Of a stretch of DNA of 64,000 nt, positions 20,446 through 33,105 are shown one piece after another; position 1 is the stretch's first letter; the number at the start of each line of letters is the position of its first letter. Both the position numbers and the translations under genes were made by a program. Source of the DNA: Candidatus Oxydemutatoraceae bacterium (GTDB taxonomy: Bacteria; Pseudomonadota; Gammaproteobacteria; Poriferisulfidales; Oxydemutatoraceae); contig OZ244717.1 in the NCBI GenBank assembly GCA_965218975.1, forward strand, positions 1,952,001-2,016,000, given 5' to 3'. The notes below the pieces were generated by a model, which made no database searches, was not told the DNA's origin, and was given only the letters and a program-made list of their open reading frames with translations.

Positions 20446-21273
20446 ATGACTGATTTTTCACTATTTTCTGAGAACCCTTTGCTGCTGTATGTATTGATTG
20501 CAATCATTAGTCTTATCGTCGGCAGCTTTTTGAATGTCGTGATTTATCGCTTACCGTTAGTCTTGCGAGAACAATATAACCCCGGCAATTCTACCGCTTC
20601 CAGTCTATCCTTGGTTCATCCACGCTCACACTGCCCGCACTGCGGACAAACGCTACGTGTCATTGACAATATTCCGATTATCAGCTACTTATTGCTGCGC
20701 GGGAAATGCGCTTTCTGCAAAGCCAAAATTCATTACCACTATCCGTTGGTCGAGATGCTAAGCTTAGTGCTGTCACTTGCGGTTGTGGGGCATTGGGGGT
20801 TTAATTTTACTGCGGTTGCCGGATTAATCTTCACTTGGACTTTGATCGGACTGACTGTCATTGATCTCCAAAAAATGATTCTACCGGATGAAATGACGTT
20901 GGGACTGTTATGGACCGGGATGCTACTTAGCTTAAACAAGACATTTTCGGATCCGGCATCCGCAATTATCGGCGTTATATCCGGGTATGGATTTTTCTGG
21001 ATGCTCAATCATGTTTTCTCACTTGTCGCAAAAAAACACGGGCTCGGAAACGGCGATATGAAATTACTTGCCTCTTTCGGCGCTTGGTTCGGTTGGCAGG
21101 CGCTACCGGCAATTGTAATACTTGCCTCCGCTAGCGGACTATTGGTAGCAGTTCCGTTACTACTTGCAGGAAAAATAAACCGTGGACAACCGATTCCTTT
21201 CGGGCCTTATTTATGCTTGGCCGCATGGATTGTAATGATGTCACCCAACTTACTAGAACTTATTTACGGCTAG
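20446..21273 (+). CDS. pilD: prepilin peptidase
   Basis: GSFLNVVIYRLP, CxxC pairs, G-GDMKL, IPFGPYL. Confidence 0.95.
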   Translation: MTDFSLFSENPLLLYVLIAIISLIVGSFLNVVIYRLPLVLREQYNPGNSTASSLSLVHPRSHCPHCGQTLRVIDNIPIISYLLLRGKCAFCKAKIHYHYPLVEMLSLVLSLAVVGHWGFNFTAVAGLIFTWTLIGLTVIDLQKMILPDEMTLGLLWTGMLLSLNKTFSDPASAIIGVISGYGFFWMLNHVFSLVAKKHGLGNGDMKLLASFGAWFGWQALPAIVILASASGLLVAVPLLLAGKINRGQPIPFGPYLCLAAWIVMMSPNLLELIYG

Positions 21274-21280
21274 CCTTAAC

Positions 21281-21877
21281 GTGTTCAAAGTCGGATTGAC
21301 CGGAGGCATTGGTACCGGCAAAAGCCGGGTCGCAAAAATCTTTCAGCAAATGGATATACCGATCGTCGACACAGACTCCATAGTACGTGATCTATCAAGA
21401 CCCGGCACTGCCGAGTTTAACCGTATCCGACAGGAATTCGGCGATCAAGTTATTACCGACCAAGGACGACTGAATCGTGAAAAAATGCGTGAAATCGTCT
21501 TCAATAGCGCGATAGAGAAAAAAAAACTTGAATCAATCATACACCCGGCAGTCAGACACAAACTACTGGAATGCGTTCAAGCGATTAATGCGCCTTACTG
21601 TATATTGGTCATACCATTACTCCTCGAAGCACGAATGTCGGATTTAACGGATATAATCATCGTTGTTGATTGCCAAGAAGATAAGCAACTTCAACGCATC
21701 ATGCAAAGAGACCATTGCGATGAAAAACATGCGCTAAAGATTATACGTAACCAGATTGATCGTAGACAGCGCTTAGCGGCGGCGGATATTGTGATTGAAA
21801 ATAACGGTACGTTACAGCAGTTGAGAAAAGCAGTTGAAATTGCATATAGCGATCTAAAAATAAAATTTGAACGATAG
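21281..21877 (+). CDS. coaE: dephospho-CoA kinase
   Basis: GLTGGIGTGKS, IHP, IPLLLE. Confidence 0.95.
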   Translation: MFKVGLTGGIGTGKSRVAKIFQQMDIPIVDTDSIVRDLSRPGTAEFNRIRQEFGDQVITDQGRLNREKMREIVFNSAIEKKKLESIIHPAVRHKLLECVQAINAPYCILVIPLLLEARMSDLTDIIIVVDCQEDKQLQRIMQRDHCDEKHALKIIRNQIDRRQRLAAADIVIENNGTLQQLRKAVEIAYSDLKIKFER

Positions 21878-22162
21878 GTTCCACCGATACGAAGCAATTG
21901 ATAAGTTCCCGTCGAATAATCAGGTGGGTGACTTTTTACGCGGCGAATATTGAATTCAATTTTAATGGTTTACACGATGATTCGTGCCGGGCGGCTACGA
22001 AAATTGGATTTATCGTATGCCGAAATTCGTGCAAATAAACAGCATCTAAGAGTAAATTTTCTCCGGAGTAGCAGGATTGAGCCATGCCTTAATCAGGCAC
22101 AGAGAATTTTGACTTCCGACCGACATATTATGATTCGTAACCGAGCAATCCGGCATACTGAA

Positions 22163-23371
22163 TCAATCCAAACTCGAAAACTGCTTCAGCTTAATTTTCT
22201 TAAATTTGCGTTTGCCGATTTGATAAACATGTTCACTATTGACCGCAAGACATAAATCTCTGTCGGTAATCTTCTCTCCGTCAATTCTAACACCACCTTG
22301 CCGAATCATACGTATCGCTTCCGCTGTCGAAGGAGTCAAACCACTCGTTTTCAATAATTTAACCAAAGGTATCCTGCCGGAATCGATCACTAACTCAACT
22401 ATCTCAACATCATCAGGTATTTGCCGGCCTTGAAATCTAAGAACGAAATCCTGTTCAGCCGCATTCGCAGCTTGCTTGCTATGAAAACGTCCGACTAGCT
22501 CCTTTGCCAACAACAGCTTAACATCGCGCGGATTCATTCCTTCGTCTACCATCCGCTTTAATTGCCCAATATCCCGTTTCGACTTAAAGCTCAACAAATC
22601 AAAATACCGCCACATTAAGTCATCCGACAAAGACATCATCTTCCCAAGCATTTCTTGCGGAGGGTCTTCAATTGCGATTGTATTGCCTAGCGACTTTGAC
22701 ATCTTCCGCTCACCGTCTAAGCCTTCAAGCAAAGGCATCGTCATCACAATTTGGGGGGGGTGACCGTAGTCTTTTTGCAATTCGCGCCCGACAAGCAAAT
22801 TAAATTTTTGATCGGTGCCGCCAAGTTCAACATCTGCTTGCAGTTGAACGGAATCATACCCTTGTATCAAGGGATATAAAAACTCATGGACGGCAATCGG
22901 CTTATTGGAGAAATATCGCTTGCTGAAGTCATCTCTTTCAAGCATTCTTGCCACTGTATACTTTGCCGAAACTTTTATGAGATCTTCAGCGGTTGATCTT
23001 TCCATCCATTCGGAATTAAATCGAATCTCGGTCTTTTCAGGATCCAGTATTTTATAAATTTGCTCTTCATACGTTTTAGCATTGGCAATTACTTCATCAC
23101 GGGTCAACGGAACGCGCATAGCGCTCTTGCCGCTAGGATCGCCAATCATGCCGGTAAAATCACCGATTAAAAATATGCCGCGATGACCTTGATCTTGAAA
23201 TTGGCGCAGCTTATTCAGCAAAACTGTGTGCCCGAAGTGCAGGTCCGGCGCGGTGGGATCAAACCCCGCTTTGACCACTAAAGAACCTTTTTCATTCAGA
23301 CGTTGCTGTAAATCCTGCTCGCGAATGACTTCTTCAGCGCCACGGATCAATTCCTCAAAGTTGAATTTCAT
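22163..23371 (-). CDS. tyrS: tyrosyl-tRNA synthetase
   Basis: [24 protein letters not shown]-terminal S4 domain. Confidence 0.97.
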   Translation of the reverse strand: MKFNFEELIRGAEEVIREQDLQQRLNEKGSLVVKAGFDPTAPDLHFGHTVLLNKLRQFQDQGHRGIFLIGDFTGMIGDPSGKSAMRVPLTRDEVIANAKTYEEQIYKILDPEKTEIRFNSEWMERSTAEDLIKVSAKYTVARMLERDDFSKRYFSNKPIAVHEFLYPLIQGYDSVQLQADVELGGTDQKFNLLVGRELQKDYGHPPQIVMTMPLLEGLDGERKMSKSLGNTIAIEDPPQEMLGKMMSLSDDLMWRYFDLLSFKSKRDIGQLKRMVDEGMNPRDVKLLLAKELVGRFHSKQAANAAEQDFVLRFQGRQIPDDVEIVELVIDSGRIPLVKLLKTSGLTPSTAEAIRMIRQGGVRIDGEKITDRDLCLAVNSEHVYQIGKRKFKKIKLKQFSSLD

Positions 23372-23465
23372 CGTATTGTGATAGAATATTGTGTTTGAGT
23401 ATTGTAATGAATTTCATTCAGGCGTATTAAAAAATATTGTAGCAAAATAATAGCAGTATCAAGGA

Positions 23466-24968
23466 ATGAAAGCTGATACTAAAATAAAGACTGCGGTTCA
23501 ACTTGGCATACAAAAAAAATACCAAGAATATGGCACCGACGATAATCTTCAGATAGAACGTATCAAGTTGCGCTGGGTCGGATTACTTTTCTTTTCAATA
23601 CTCACTTTTATACTGCTTTCTAATTCGCACTATATACGCCTTCAGAGCGAAGCGGCCGCCATGGAAAAACCGGATTCAATCAAATTGGAGCCGCCGCCGC
23701 GGAACAATGTGGCATTGCTCGAAAAATCGCCCGGCGTGAATGAAACATCTGCTGCTACAGAGTTAACCAACAACGTACAGAACAACAACCATCTTTTGCC
23801 CGAACAAACGCTTGCGCTCCATACGTTGTTGCCTAATAAAATCACTTCAAATACTTCCGCCGATACTTCAGATCTTAAACAACACTCATGGGTGGTACGC
23901 TCCGGAGACACACTCTCCGAAATTCTTAGCCGTTTTGGTGTTTATGCATCGTTAGGCTTGATATTGGAGCTTGGCAGACAAGCAAAACCCCTACTCTACC
24001 TACGCACCGGAAAACAAATGCACTTGGATATCGAATCAGGTATCTTGCAAAAAATCACTTATGAAGTCAGTCAGACAGAGCATTTTATTGTAAAACGCTC
24101 TGCCGATGGCAGAATCTCAACCGAGCATTACCATTTGCCGATTGAAAAACGCGAAGCGTTTACGGCTAGTTTTATTGACGGTTCTTTTTATCATGCCGGA
24201 CTAAAAGCTGGCCTATCGGACAAGTTGATCGTTGAAGCGGCATATATTTTAGGGTGGGATATTGACTTTGTGCTTGATATTCGAAGCGGTGATTTCTTCA
24301 ACGTAATCTATGAGGAAGAGTTCTTAGACGGTATAAAAATCGGTACCGGTGATATTCTCGGCATTGAGTTAATCAACCGCGGAAACTCTTACCGCGCAAT
24401 TCGCTACACCGATGCAAAAGACAAAGTCGGGTATTTTTCTCCCGAAGGCAAAAATGTTAAAAAACCGTTCCTCAGAACACCGTTAGAATTTACTCGCATT
24501 AGCTCAAAATTTAATCCTAAAAGACTCCATCCGATATTAAATACGGTGCGCCCGCACCGCGGCGTCGATTATGCTGCCGTAAGCGGTACTCCAGTCCATG
24601 CTACCGCCAAAGGCAAAGTGATTTTTCGCGGATGGAAAGCAGGTTACGGAAATGTCTTGATCCTACGCCATCACGGGGCTTATACGACACTGTACGCGCA
24701 CTTGTCAAAATTTGCACGAAGTATCAAAGTTGGCAGTTCGGTGCAACAAAGACAAGTCATCGGATATGTCGGTATGACCGGATATGCAACCGGTCCCCAT
24801 TTGCATTACGAATTCCGCATTAACGGCACGCACAAAAATCCGCTGACAGTCGCCTTACCGGACAGCCGACCGCTACCGCAATCTCAACTCACCGCCTTCA
24901 AACAAAGCATTCAACCAACACTTCAAAAGCTTAATTCTTTAAACAGAAGCTACATAGCTGCAAAGTAG
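23466..24968 (+). CDS. M23 peptidoglycan DD-endopeptidase (MepM-like)
   Basis: HRGVDY, YAHLS, TGPHLHYE; between tyrS and anmK. Confidence 0.9.
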   Translation: MKADTKIKTAVQLGIQKKYQEYGTDDNLQIERIKLRWVGLLFFSILTFILLSNSHYIRLQSEAAAMEKPDSIKLEPPPRNNVALLEKSPGVNETSAATELTNNVQNNNHLLPEQTLALHTLLPNKITSNTSADTSDLKQHSWVVRSGDTLSEILSRFGVYASLGLILELGRQAKPLLYLRTGKQMHLDIESGILQKITYEVSQTEHFIVKRSADGRISTEHYHLPIEKREAFTASFIDGSFYHAGLKAGLSDKLIVEAAYILGWDIDFVLDIRSGDFFNVIYEEEFLDGIKIGTGDILGIELINRGNSYRAIRYTDAKDKVGYFSPEGKNVKKPFLRTPLEFTRISSKFNPKRLHPILNTVRPHRGVDYAAVSGTPVHATAKGKVIFRGWKAGYGNVLILRHHGAYTTLYAHLSKFARSIKVGSSVQQRQVIGYVGMTGYATGPHLHYEFRINGTHKNPLTVALPDSRPLPQSQLTAFKQSIQPTLQKLNSLNRSYIAAK

Positions 24969-24975
24969 AACAACT

Positions 24976-26106
24976 ATGGACGATGTTTATATTGGAGTCC
25001 TATCGGGAACCAGCGTTGATGCTATCGATGCTATTGCCGTCTCTTTCGAACAAAAACGAATTAATATTATCGAATGGCATACCGAATCGTTACCGCATGA
25101 AATCAAACAATCAGTCATAGAACTACAAAACCACTCAACCGATATTGCGCAACTTTCCAAGTTAGATGTACAATTCGGCAATCGCTTCGCTTTTGCAGCC
25201 AACCAACTACTGAACAAGGCGTCATTATCCGCTGACCGAATCAGCGGCATCGGACTACATGGTCAAACAATTTTACATCAACCGTCGGTAAACCCAGCTT
25301 TTACTCTACAAGTCGGCGACCCAAACATTGTTGCAGTGAAAACACACTGCACAACCGTCGCAGACTTCAGACGAGCGGACATGGCGGCGGGAGGTCAAGG
25401 CGCTCCTTTAGCTTGCGCTTTTCATGCCGAATTTCTATCGGTACCCGATAAGAACCGCGCCATTGTCAATGTCGGCGGCATTTGCAGCATCACAATTCTT
25501 ATGCCCAATAAACCAACTATAGGATTTGATTGCGGTCCCGGCAACACTTTGATGGACAATTGGGCGCAACGGCATATCCGCCAGCGTTACGATCGGAATG
25601 GCGCATGGGCAGCCAGCGCATCAAAATACAATGAAATGCTACTTGCAGAATTTTTGAAAGATGAGTTTATACAACGAATCCCGCCAAAAAGCACTTGCAC
25701 CAGCCACTTTAACTCGGCATGGCTAGATGGAAAGCTTGCGCAAAACCAATGCTATGCAAAACTTGAACCTGCGATAGTGCAAGCAACTTTAGCTGAACTG
25801 ACCGCAACTTGCATTGCTCAAATTGTACAAACTTATGTCAAAAATACACCAGAAGTATTTGTTTGCGGCGGCGGCGCGAATAATGATCACTTGATGCGCC
25901 GTATCAAGGCCAATATTAATGTCCGTACAGAATGTGCTCAGGTAGAAAAAATCGATGCACTTAATATTCACCCGGATTGGGTTGAAGCGTTGGTATTCGC
26001 TTGGTTGGCCAAACAACGATTATCAAATAAACCGATGCATATTCCAGAAGTAACCGGAGCTGACAAAAAAGTTGCTCTAGGCGCGATTTATCAGCCGGTT
26101 AGATAA
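24976..26106 (+). CDS. anmK: anhydro-N-acetylmuramic acid kinase
   Basis: SGTSVD, HGQT, DFRRADMAAGGQGAPL, DCGPGN. Confidence 0.95.
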   Translation: MDDVYIGVLSGTSVDAIDAIAVSFEQKRINIIEWHTESLPHEIKQSVIELQNHSTDIAQLSKLDVQFGNRFAFAANQLLNKASLSADRISGIGLHGQTILHQPSVNPAFTLQVGDPNIVAVKTHCTTVADFRRADMAAGGQGAPLACAFHAEFLSVPDKNRAIVNVGGICSITILMPNKPTIGFDCGPGNTLMDNWAQRHIRQRYDRNGAWAASASKYNEMLLAEFLKDEFIQRIPPKSTCTSHFNSAWLDGKLAQNQCYAKLEPAIVQATLAELTATCIAQIVQTYVKNTPEVFVCGGGANNDHLMRRIKANINVRTECAQVEKIDALNIHPDWVEALVFAWLAKQRLSNKPMHIPEVTGADKKVALGAIYQPVR

Positions 26107-26119
26107 TGTTCGAGTCCAA

Positions 26120-26458
26120 TCAAGGAGAAAAGGAAGAACCGCAACCGCAAGTTGTCGTCGCATTAGGATTACGAATAACAAACTGCGCCCCCTCAAGCCC
26201 TTCGCTGTAATCAATCTCGGCCCCAACTAGATACTGATAACTCATCGGATCAATTAGCAGTGTAACACCGCCATTTTCAATTTGAGTATCGCCTTCTTGA
26301 ATCGTTTCATCGAAAGTAAAACCATATTGAAACCCCGAACAACCGCCACCACTGACAAACACGCGCAGCTTGAGATTCACATTCTGCTCTTCTTCAATTA
26401 AAGATTTGACTTTCAGTGCGGCGGCATCGGTAAATAATAAGCTCTGTAGTGCATTCAT
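26120..26458 (-). CDS. erpA: Fe-S cluster insertion protein
   Basis: [19 protein letters not shown]. Confidence 0.95.
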   Translation of the reverse strand: MNALQSLLFTDAAALKVKSLIEEEQNVNLKLRVFVSGGGCSGFQYGFTFDETIQEGDTQIENGGVTLLIDPMSYQYLVGAEIDYSEGLEGAQFVIRNPNATTTCGCGSSFSP

Positions 26459-26489
26459 ATCAACTTCCTCATTGGTTAATAATAAGCAT

Positions 26490-27248
26490 TTAACCGTCTG
26501 AAAGTATTATATCAGAAGCGACCTCATCCCATGCGTACGTTTTAATCAATGGTGCAAACCGACTCGAGACCACTGTCACGGTTAATCGTTGGGGGATAAA
26601 ATCCTCTTGCAGACGCACAATGCCTTTTACTCGTTGAAAATATTTAAAAGAGAAATCCATATTTCCATCAGTCAAGCCGATTAAATCCTTCTTTTGCTGA
26701 TGCATTATGCCGGACACAGATATTTCAATATGCCCGTTCATCACTTGCTTAGGCTTGCCTATCTTGCGCAAGATAACCTCAATAGGGTACTCACTGGGCT
26801 GAGTCGGCATTGAAATAGCCGTTGAAAAAATAACAAGTCCTTCTCCTAGTTCTTCAGGAGCAACAACACTTTTGTAGAAATAAATCTGCTCTTTCAAGTC
26901 TTCAATGGTGAAAAAATTATCGTCTAATAAATTTTCCAATTGCCAGACTTTTTCATGCACGACGTTCACTTCCTGCTTCAACATTGCAAAACGCATGTGC
27001 CATGAATCATCTTCTCGCCACTTGATGTCGAGGTCTTGCATAAAATCTCCGAATGCAATTTCAAACTCGCGGTAAGATGACTTCACAGAAAAATAACCTA
27101 TGCCGAAAAATAGCACTGCTACTAAAACAATCCCCCATCCGACAACCAAAACTTTGCGATTAATGTTTGAAAATAAATAAAACCAGGCAAGACTCAACCA
27201 TGCACTGATTTGTTCTTTGCAATAATGCAATCGGTGAAACCGTATCAT
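26490..27248 (-). CDS. hypothetical membrane-anchored coiled-coil protein
   Basis: TM segment, coiled coil, FYKSVVAPE and FSFKYFQ motifs; between argC and erpA. Confidence 0.7.
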   Translation of the reverse strand: MIRFHRLHYCKEQISAWLSLAWFYLFSNINRKVLVVGWGIVLVAVLFFGIGYFSVKSSYREFEIAFGDFMQDLDIKWREDDSWHMRFAMLKQEVNVVHEKVWQLENLLDDNFFTIEDLKEQIYFYKSVVAPEELGEGLVIFSTAISMPTQPSEYPIEVILRKIGKPKQVMNGHIEISVSGIMHQQKKDLIGLTDGNMDFSFKYFQRVKGIVRLQEDFIPQRLTVTVVSSRFAPLIKTYAWDEVASDIILSDG

Positions 27249-28282
27249 GGCAATGGCGCGATCGCTTGAAGACCTGCGGTCTCTTTTTGCTCAAATAGCA
27301 AATTCATGTTCTGAACCGCCTGTCCGGCGGCGCCTTTGACTAAATTATCAATCACTACTAACACCTTGGCAATCGGACTCTCCACCGATCGATGCACTGC
27401 AATATGGCAGTAGTTGGTTGCACGCACATCATGTGTCTGCGGATGACTCCCTAGCGGTAAAACCCGGACAAATGGTTCGTTTACATAATAATCTTCAAAA
27501 ATGCACTGTAACTCAGCTTGCGTATACTCGCTAGTAAAATAAAGTGTTACAAAAATTCCCCTGTTCATCGGCGCCAGATGCGGAGTAAAGCTGAAAGTAA
27601 GATCATCGGCAAACAAATGATCCTTGCCAAAGGCTTGCAACTGCGACATAATTTCCGGAAAATGCCGGTGGGCGGTAACTTTATATGCCTTGAAACTATC
27701 ACTAATTTCAGAAAAAATCAGTCCGACATCTTCCCGCCTGCCGGCACCGCTAACCCCCGATTTTGCATCGGCAATCAGAAACGAGTTTTGTATTGCCTCC
27801 TCTTTAACCAAAGGATAACAGGCTAATAACACCGCCGTCGGATAACATCCGGGGTTTGCAATCAGCTGCGATTGCTTAATAACCGTACGGTATACCTCCG
27901 GCAAACCATAAACCGCTTTAAGCAAAAGTTGCGGACAAGCATGTTTGGTTTTATACCAATGCTCCCAAACGGATATATCGCGTAGTCTAAAATCCGCAGA
28001 TAAATCAATTACCTTCTTTCCTTCATTAAGTAAAGCGGAAACTTGTTTCATTGCCACACCATTCGGTGTTGCAAAAAAAACAATGTCGCAATCATGACCT
28101 AACTCAGCATCAAAGTAAATTTCACTGCCGCCTATAAAACTTGGGAAAACGTCACTCAATTTTGAGCCGGCATGAGTCCGCGAACAAATCGCGACTAATT
28201 CTACCGCCGGGTGTCGCAACACCAAGCGAATCAGTTCTAATCCGGTATAACCGCTACCACCAATAATCGCTGCGCGAATCAT
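27245..28282 (-). CDS. argC: N-acetyl-gamma-glutamyl-phosphate reductase
   Basis: GGSGYTG, DLSADFR, ANPGCYPT, DNLVKGAAGQA. Confidence 0.95.
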   Translation of the reverse strand: MIRAAIIGGSGYTGLELIRLVLRHPAVELVAICSRTHAGSKLSDVFPSFIGGSEIYFDAELGHDCDIVFFATPNGVAMKQVSALLNEGKKVIDLSADFRLRDISVWEHWYKTKHACPQLLLKAVYGLPEVYRTVIKQSQLIANPGCYPTAVLLACYPLVKEEAIQNSFLIADAKSGVSGAGRREDVGLIFSEISDSFKAYKVTAHRHFPEIMSQLQAFGKDHLFADDLTFSFTPHLAPMNRGIFVTLYFTSEYTQAELQCIFEDYYVNEPFVRVLPLGSHPQTHDVRATNYCHIAVHRSVESPIAKVLVVIDNLVKGAAGQAVQNMNLLFEQKETAGLQAIAPLP

Positions 28283-28452
28283 AGCGTGCCTCCACACTGA
28301 TCTCGTAAAAAGTACACATTATATAAAATAATCCGAAATCTCTTGTTCGTTACATTTGTTCCGGATCGCAATTCATCTAAAACAGGTCAAGAATGAGCAG
28401 CATCGTACAGTAAGATGTTTCACCGAAAGTTTAATGCTATCATTGATTCGTC

Positions 28453-28878
28453 ATGCTTTGGCTTCAATCTTTCCACATTATTTTCATGGTGACCTGGTTT
28501 GCGGGATTGTTCTACCTGCCTCGGTTGTTCGTATACCATGCGATGGCAAATGATGCGGCCGGCATCAAGCGGCTCCAAATAATGGAACACAAGCTGTTTT
28601 GGGGAATTATGACACCCGGCGGCATATTAACCTCGCTATTTGGATTCTGGATGCTAATCCTAAACTGGGGAATCTATATGCAGCAAACATGGATATACAT
28701 CAAACTAGGATTGATCATGCTTTTAGTGATCTACCATATTTGGTGCGGTATGATTATGATACGATTCAAACATTGTGCCAACCGGCATAGCCATACCTGG
28801 TACCGCTGGTTCAACGAAATACCGACAGTTGCTTTAACTGGTATCGTATTGTTAGCAGTCTTAAAACAACCGAACTAA
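28453..28878 (+). CDS. hemJ: protoporphyrinogen oxidase HemJ
   Basis: HIIFMVTWFAGLFYLPRLFVYH, R-FNEIP. Confidence 0.92.
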   Translation: MLWLQSFHIIFMVTWFAGLFYLPRLFVYHAMANDAAGIKRLQIMEHKLFWGIMTPGGILTSLFGFWMLILNWGIYMQQTWIYIKLGLIMLLVIYHIWCGMIMIRFKHCANRHSHTWYRWFNEIPTVALTGIVLLAVLKQPN

Positions 28879-28890
28879 TGCCAACCGGAA

Positions 28891-31800
28891 TCAATCAACT
28901 TGCACATGCACTTTTTCATCCGGTTCTTTCGTCGCTGAATCGGCAACAATAGGATCATGCTCTTTCACCTCCTTTTCCGGAGAAAGATCAAACTGTGGCA
29001 TTGCATGCGCTGATCGCTGTTCGTGTGCCACGCGACCGGTTCCCGCCGGAATTAAACGCCCGACAATCACATTTTCTTTCAGCCCGTATAAACGATCTTT
29101 TTTGCCGCGCACTGCCGAATCGGTTAGTACCCTTGTGGTTTCTTGGAAAGAAGCGGATGAAATAAACGAATCGGTTTCGAGAGACGCTTTAGTGATACCG
29201 TATAAAACTCTTTGGTAAGAAATCGGTTTTTTATTCTCCTTCTCAGTCCGGGTGTTCTTTTCACGCACATCACTATACTCAACAATCTCATCAACCACGT
29301 AGCTACTGTCTCCGGGGTCAATTACTCTCACTTTACGCAACATTTGTCGAATGATAGTTTCAATATGTTTATCGTTAATCCGCACGCCTTGCAAGCGGTA
29401 AATATCCTGAATGCCTGTAACCAGATACTCAGCAAGCTCCTCAACACCACGCAGCGCTAAGATATCATGCGCATTAAGCTCACCATCTGATATAACATCG
29501 CCTTTTTCAACATACTCACCGTCAAACACATCAATCCGTCGCGACTTTGGAACCAACAATTCAGTCGTATTCTCTTTGGAGTCTTCAATAATTAATCTCT
29601 GCTTTTGTTTGGTCTCCTTACCGTACCGGAAAACTCCGGACCGTCCGGCAAGAATCGCGTTATCCTTAGGTTTTCTCGCTTCGAATAAATCAGCAACACG
29701 CGGCAAACCGCCAGTGATATCGCGCGTCTTAGACGATTCTTGCGGCACTTTCGCGATCACATCACCCGCCTTGACTTTGGATCCTTCGTTTAAGGTAATA
29801 ACAGTGCCCACATTCAGACGATAAGAAGCGGGACGCTCGCCCGCAATCTTAACTATTTGCTTTCTGGCATCAAGTAATTCAATTGTCGGCGGGTTGTCTC
29901 CCGAGTCTTTAACGACATATGACTTAATTCCGGTAATTTCATCGGTTTGATCGGTAATACTCCGGCTGTCAAAATTTCTAAACACGACACGCCCCGCCAC
30001 TTCAGAAATAATCGGGTGCGCATGCGGGTCCCAGCTGACAATCAGCTGTCCGTAAGACACTTTATCTCCTTCTTTAACACTCAAATAGGCGCCATAATCA
30101 AGCTTATAACGCTCGCATTCGTTGCCGTGATCATCGGTCATAATAATCTCGCCTGTTCTTGATACTACAACCGAAGTGCCGTCGCTACGCTCAATCGCTC
30201 GCACATTATACAGGCGCACTTTACCTCCGATTTTAGTCACAATGCTACTTGCAGCAACCGATCGACTAGCGGCACCTCCGATGTGAAAAGTACGCATAGT
30301 GAGCTGAGTTCCCGGTTCGCCGATTGATTGTGCCGCAATCACGCCAATCGCTTCACCAACATTAACCTGATAGCCTCGCGCAAGATCACGACCATAACAC
30401 ATACTACAAACACCATGTAATGTTTCACAGGTAATCGGAGAGCGCACTTTAACTTCGGTAATGCCGTACTCTTCAAGCAGATCTACCAGCTTCTCATCAA
30501 GCATTGTGTTCTTATCAATCAGCTTTTCATCGCCGTTCGGAATAAATATGTCTTCAGCATTGACTCGACCCAGTACCCGAGCTCTGAGCGGTTCAACAAT
30601 ATCGCCGCCTTCAATATGCGGGCGCATCGTAATACTCTTGTCAGTGCCGCAATCTTCTTCGGTAATAACCAGCCCTTGTGTCGCATCAACCAAACGCCGT
30701 GTCAGATAACCTGAGTTTGCCGTTTTCAATGCGGTATCCGCCAAACCTTTACGAGCGCCATGGGTAGAAACAAAGTATTGCAATACATTCAGCCCTTCAC
30801 GGAAGTTAGCGGTAATCGGCGTTTCAATAATAGACCCGTCCGGCTTTGCCATCAGACCGCGCATCCCCGCCAACTGCCGTAACTGAGCTTCCGAACCGCG
30901 CGCACCCGAATCCGACATCATAAATACCGGATTAAACGACGCTTGAGTGATTTTCTTGCCCGATTCATCCTCAACTTCTTCCTTACCCAGCTTGTCCATC
31001 ATTGCCGCAGCAATTTGATCGTTCGTATGTGACCAAATATCAACTACCTTGTTGTAACGTTCGCCGCCGGTAATCAATCCCGAAGAAAACTGTTGTTCAA
31101 TTTCTTTTACTTTGCGTTCGGCATCAGCAAGAATTAACTCTTTGTCCCGTGGCACGACCATATCGTCAACACTGAAAGAAATACCACCTTCCGTAGCGTA
31201 TTTAAATCCTGTGTACATCAGCTGATCGGCAAAAATAACGGTTTTCTTCAAGCCGCTGCGTCGATAACAAGCGTCAATTAATTGCGACACGCGGCGTTTG
31301 TCCAATGTCTGATTAATCAGGCCAACCGGTAATTCCTGCGGTAATATCCGTAGCAATAAACCGCGTCCAGCGGTCGTTTCAATAATGGTTGACCGTGTCG
31401 GCTGCATATCCTTAGTTTTAAGAAGTCGGTCTTTGATACGAATCTTCACTCGTGTATGCAACCGAACAATACCTGCCTGATAGGCACGCTCCAACTCATC
31501 AACATCGGCAAAAATTGTCGTAAAATTGTCACAACTAATCCGCTCACGAGTCATATAGTAGAGACCGAGCACAATGTCCTGCGACGGAACGATAATCGGA
31601 TTCCCGTTTGCCGGCGACAAAATATTGTTCGTAGACAACATTAAAACACGCGCTTCCATTTGAGCTTCAATTGATAATGGAATATGCACTGCCATTTGGT
31701 CACCGTCAAAATCAGCATTAAACGCAGCACATACCAACGGATGCAATTGAATTGCTTTACCTTCGATCAAAATCGGCTCAAATGCCTGAATGCCTAAACG

Positions 31801-33090
31801 ATGCAGCGTCGGTGCGCGATTGAGTAGTACCGGATGTTCGGTAATCACTTCGTCAAGCGCATCCCAAATTTCAGGCCCTTCCTGTTCCACCATCCGCTTG
31901 GCAATTTTAATGGTGCTTGCATAACCTCGCGCTCGCAACTTACCGTAAATAAACGGCTTAAATAGCTCCAATGCCATTTTTTTAGGTAGCCCGCATTGAT
32001 GTAATTTTAGTGTCGGACCTACAACAATGACCGAACGTCCCGAATAATCAACGCGCTTGCCGAGCAAGTTTTGACGAAATCTTCCTTGCTTGCCTTTTAT
32101 CATATCGGATAAGGATTTCAGATGACGCTTGTTACTGCCCGTAACGACTCGTCCGCGACGACCGTTATCCAGCAACGCATCAACCGCTTCTTGCAACATT
32201 CTCTTTTCGTTGCGCACAATAATGTCCGGAGCGCTGAGTTCAAGTAAACGTTTTAGGCGTTTGTTGCGATTAATGACTCTACGGTACAGATCATTCAAAT
32301 CGGAAGTTGCAAAACGTCCGCCGTCTAACGGTACTAAAGGTCTCAAGTCCGGCGGTAAAACCGGCAAAACGGTCAAAATCATCCACTCCGGCTTATTTTT
32401 TGATTCGATGAATGATTCGACCAACTTTAATCTTTTATTTAATTTCTTACGTTTCGTTTCAGATTTAGTCGCAGTAATATCTTCTCGAATCTGCACCGAT
32501 GTTTTTTCCAAATGAAGGTTCTGTAGCATTTGCATAAACGCTTCAGCACCCATCTTGGCAGTGAACTCGTCGCCATATTCCGACAAAGCTTCATAATATT
32601 CCTCTTCATTCATCAACTGACCTTTCTCAAGATCGGTCATGCCCGGATCAATAACGATGTAGTTCTCAAAATATAGGACCCGCTCGATGTCACGCAGCAT
32701 AATGTCTAGCAACAACCCAATACGTGAAGGTAAAGATTTGAGAAACCAGATATGCGCAACCGGGCTAGCCAGTTCAATATGGCCCATACGCTCTCGTCTG
32801 ACTTTAGCAAGTGTTACATCCACCCCACATTTCTCGCAAATTGCACCGCGATGTTTCGGGCGTTTATATTTGCCGCATAGACACTCGTAGTCTTTGATCG
32901 GACCGAAAATTTTGGCACAGAACAAACCGTCGCGCTCTGGCTTCAAAGTGCGATAATTAATCGTTTCAGGCTTTTTCACTTCCCCCCACGACCATGATCT
33001 GATTTCCTCAGGCGAGGCAAGACCGATACTAATATAATCAAAGTTACCGCTTTGTTCTTGTTGCTTATGATAATGCCATAATTCCTTCAT
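28891..33090 (-). CDS. rpoC: RNA polymerase beta' subunit
   Basis: NADFDGD catalytic motif, Zn ribbon. Confidence 0.99.
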   Translation of the reverse strand: MKELWHYHKQQEQSGNFDYISIGLASPEEIRSWSWGEVKKPETINYRTLKPERDGLFCAKIFGPIKDYECLCGKYKRPKHRGAICEKCGVDVTLAKVRRERMGHIELASPVAHIWFLKSLPSRIGLLLDIMLRDIERVLYFENYIVIDPGMTDLEKGQLMNEEEYYEALSEYGDEFTAKMGAEAFMQMLQNLHLEKTSVQIREDITATKSETKRKKLNKRLKLVESFIESKNKPEWMILTVLPVLPPDLRPLVPLDGGRFATSDLNDLYRRVINRNKRLKRLLELSAPDIIVRNEKRMLQEAVDALLDNGRRGRVVTGSNKRHLKSLSDMIKGKQGRFRQNLLGKRVDYSGRSVIVVGPTLKLHQCGLPKKMALELFKPFIYGKLRARGYASTIKIAKRMVEQEGPEIWDALDEVITEHPVLLNRAPTLHRLGIQAFEPILIEGKAIQLHPLVCAAFNADFDGDQMAVHIPLSIEAQMEARVLMLSTNNILSPANGNPIIVPSQDIVLGLYYMTRERISCDNFTTIFADVDELERAYQAGIVRLHTRVKIRIKDRLLKTKDMQPTRSTIIETTAGRGLLLRILPQELPVGLINQTLDKRRVSQLIDACYRRSGLKKTVIFADQLMYTGFKYATEGGISFSVDDMVVPRDKELILADAERKVKEIEQQFSSGLITGGERYNKVVDIWSHTNDQIAAAMMDKLGKEEVEDESGKKITQASFNPVFMMSDSGARGSEAQLRQLAGMRGLMAKPDGSIIETPITANFREGLNVLQYFVSTHGARKGLADTALKTANSGYLTRRLVDATQGLVITEEDCGTDKSITMRPHIEGGDIVEPLRARVLGRVNAEDIFIPNGDEKLIDKNTMLDEKLVDLLEEYGITEVKVRSPITCETLHGVCSMCYGRDLARGYQVNVGEAIGVIAAQSIGEPGTQLTMRTFHIGGAASRSVAASSIVTKIGGKVRLYNVRAIERSDGTSVVVSRTGEIIMTDDHGNECERYKLDYGAYLSVKEGDKVSYGQLIVSWDPHAHPIISEVAGRVVFRNFDSRSITDQTDEITGIKSYVVKDSGDNPPTIELLDARKQIVKIAGERPASYRLNVGTVITLNEGSKVKAGDVIAKVPQESSKTRDITGGLPRVADLFEARKPKDNAILAGRSGVFRYGKETKQKQRLIIEDSKENTTELLVPKSRRIDVFDGEYVEKGDVISDGELNAHDILALRGVEELAEYLVTGIQDIYRLQGVRINDKHIETIIRQMLRKVRVIDPGDSSYVVDEIVEYSDVREKNTRTEKENKKPISYQRVLYGITKASLETDSFISSASFQETTRVLTDSAVRGKKDRLYGLKENVIVGRLIPAGTGRVAHEQRSAHAMPQFDLSPEKEVKEHDPIVADSATKEPDEKVHVQVD

Positions 33091-33105
33091 GCATCTACTC
33101 CTGAC

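Noticed and set aside
21878-22255. 101-aa ORF / possible zapD remnant after coaE
   Set aside because: TTG start, overlaps the tyrS 3' end, and has no recognisable motif.
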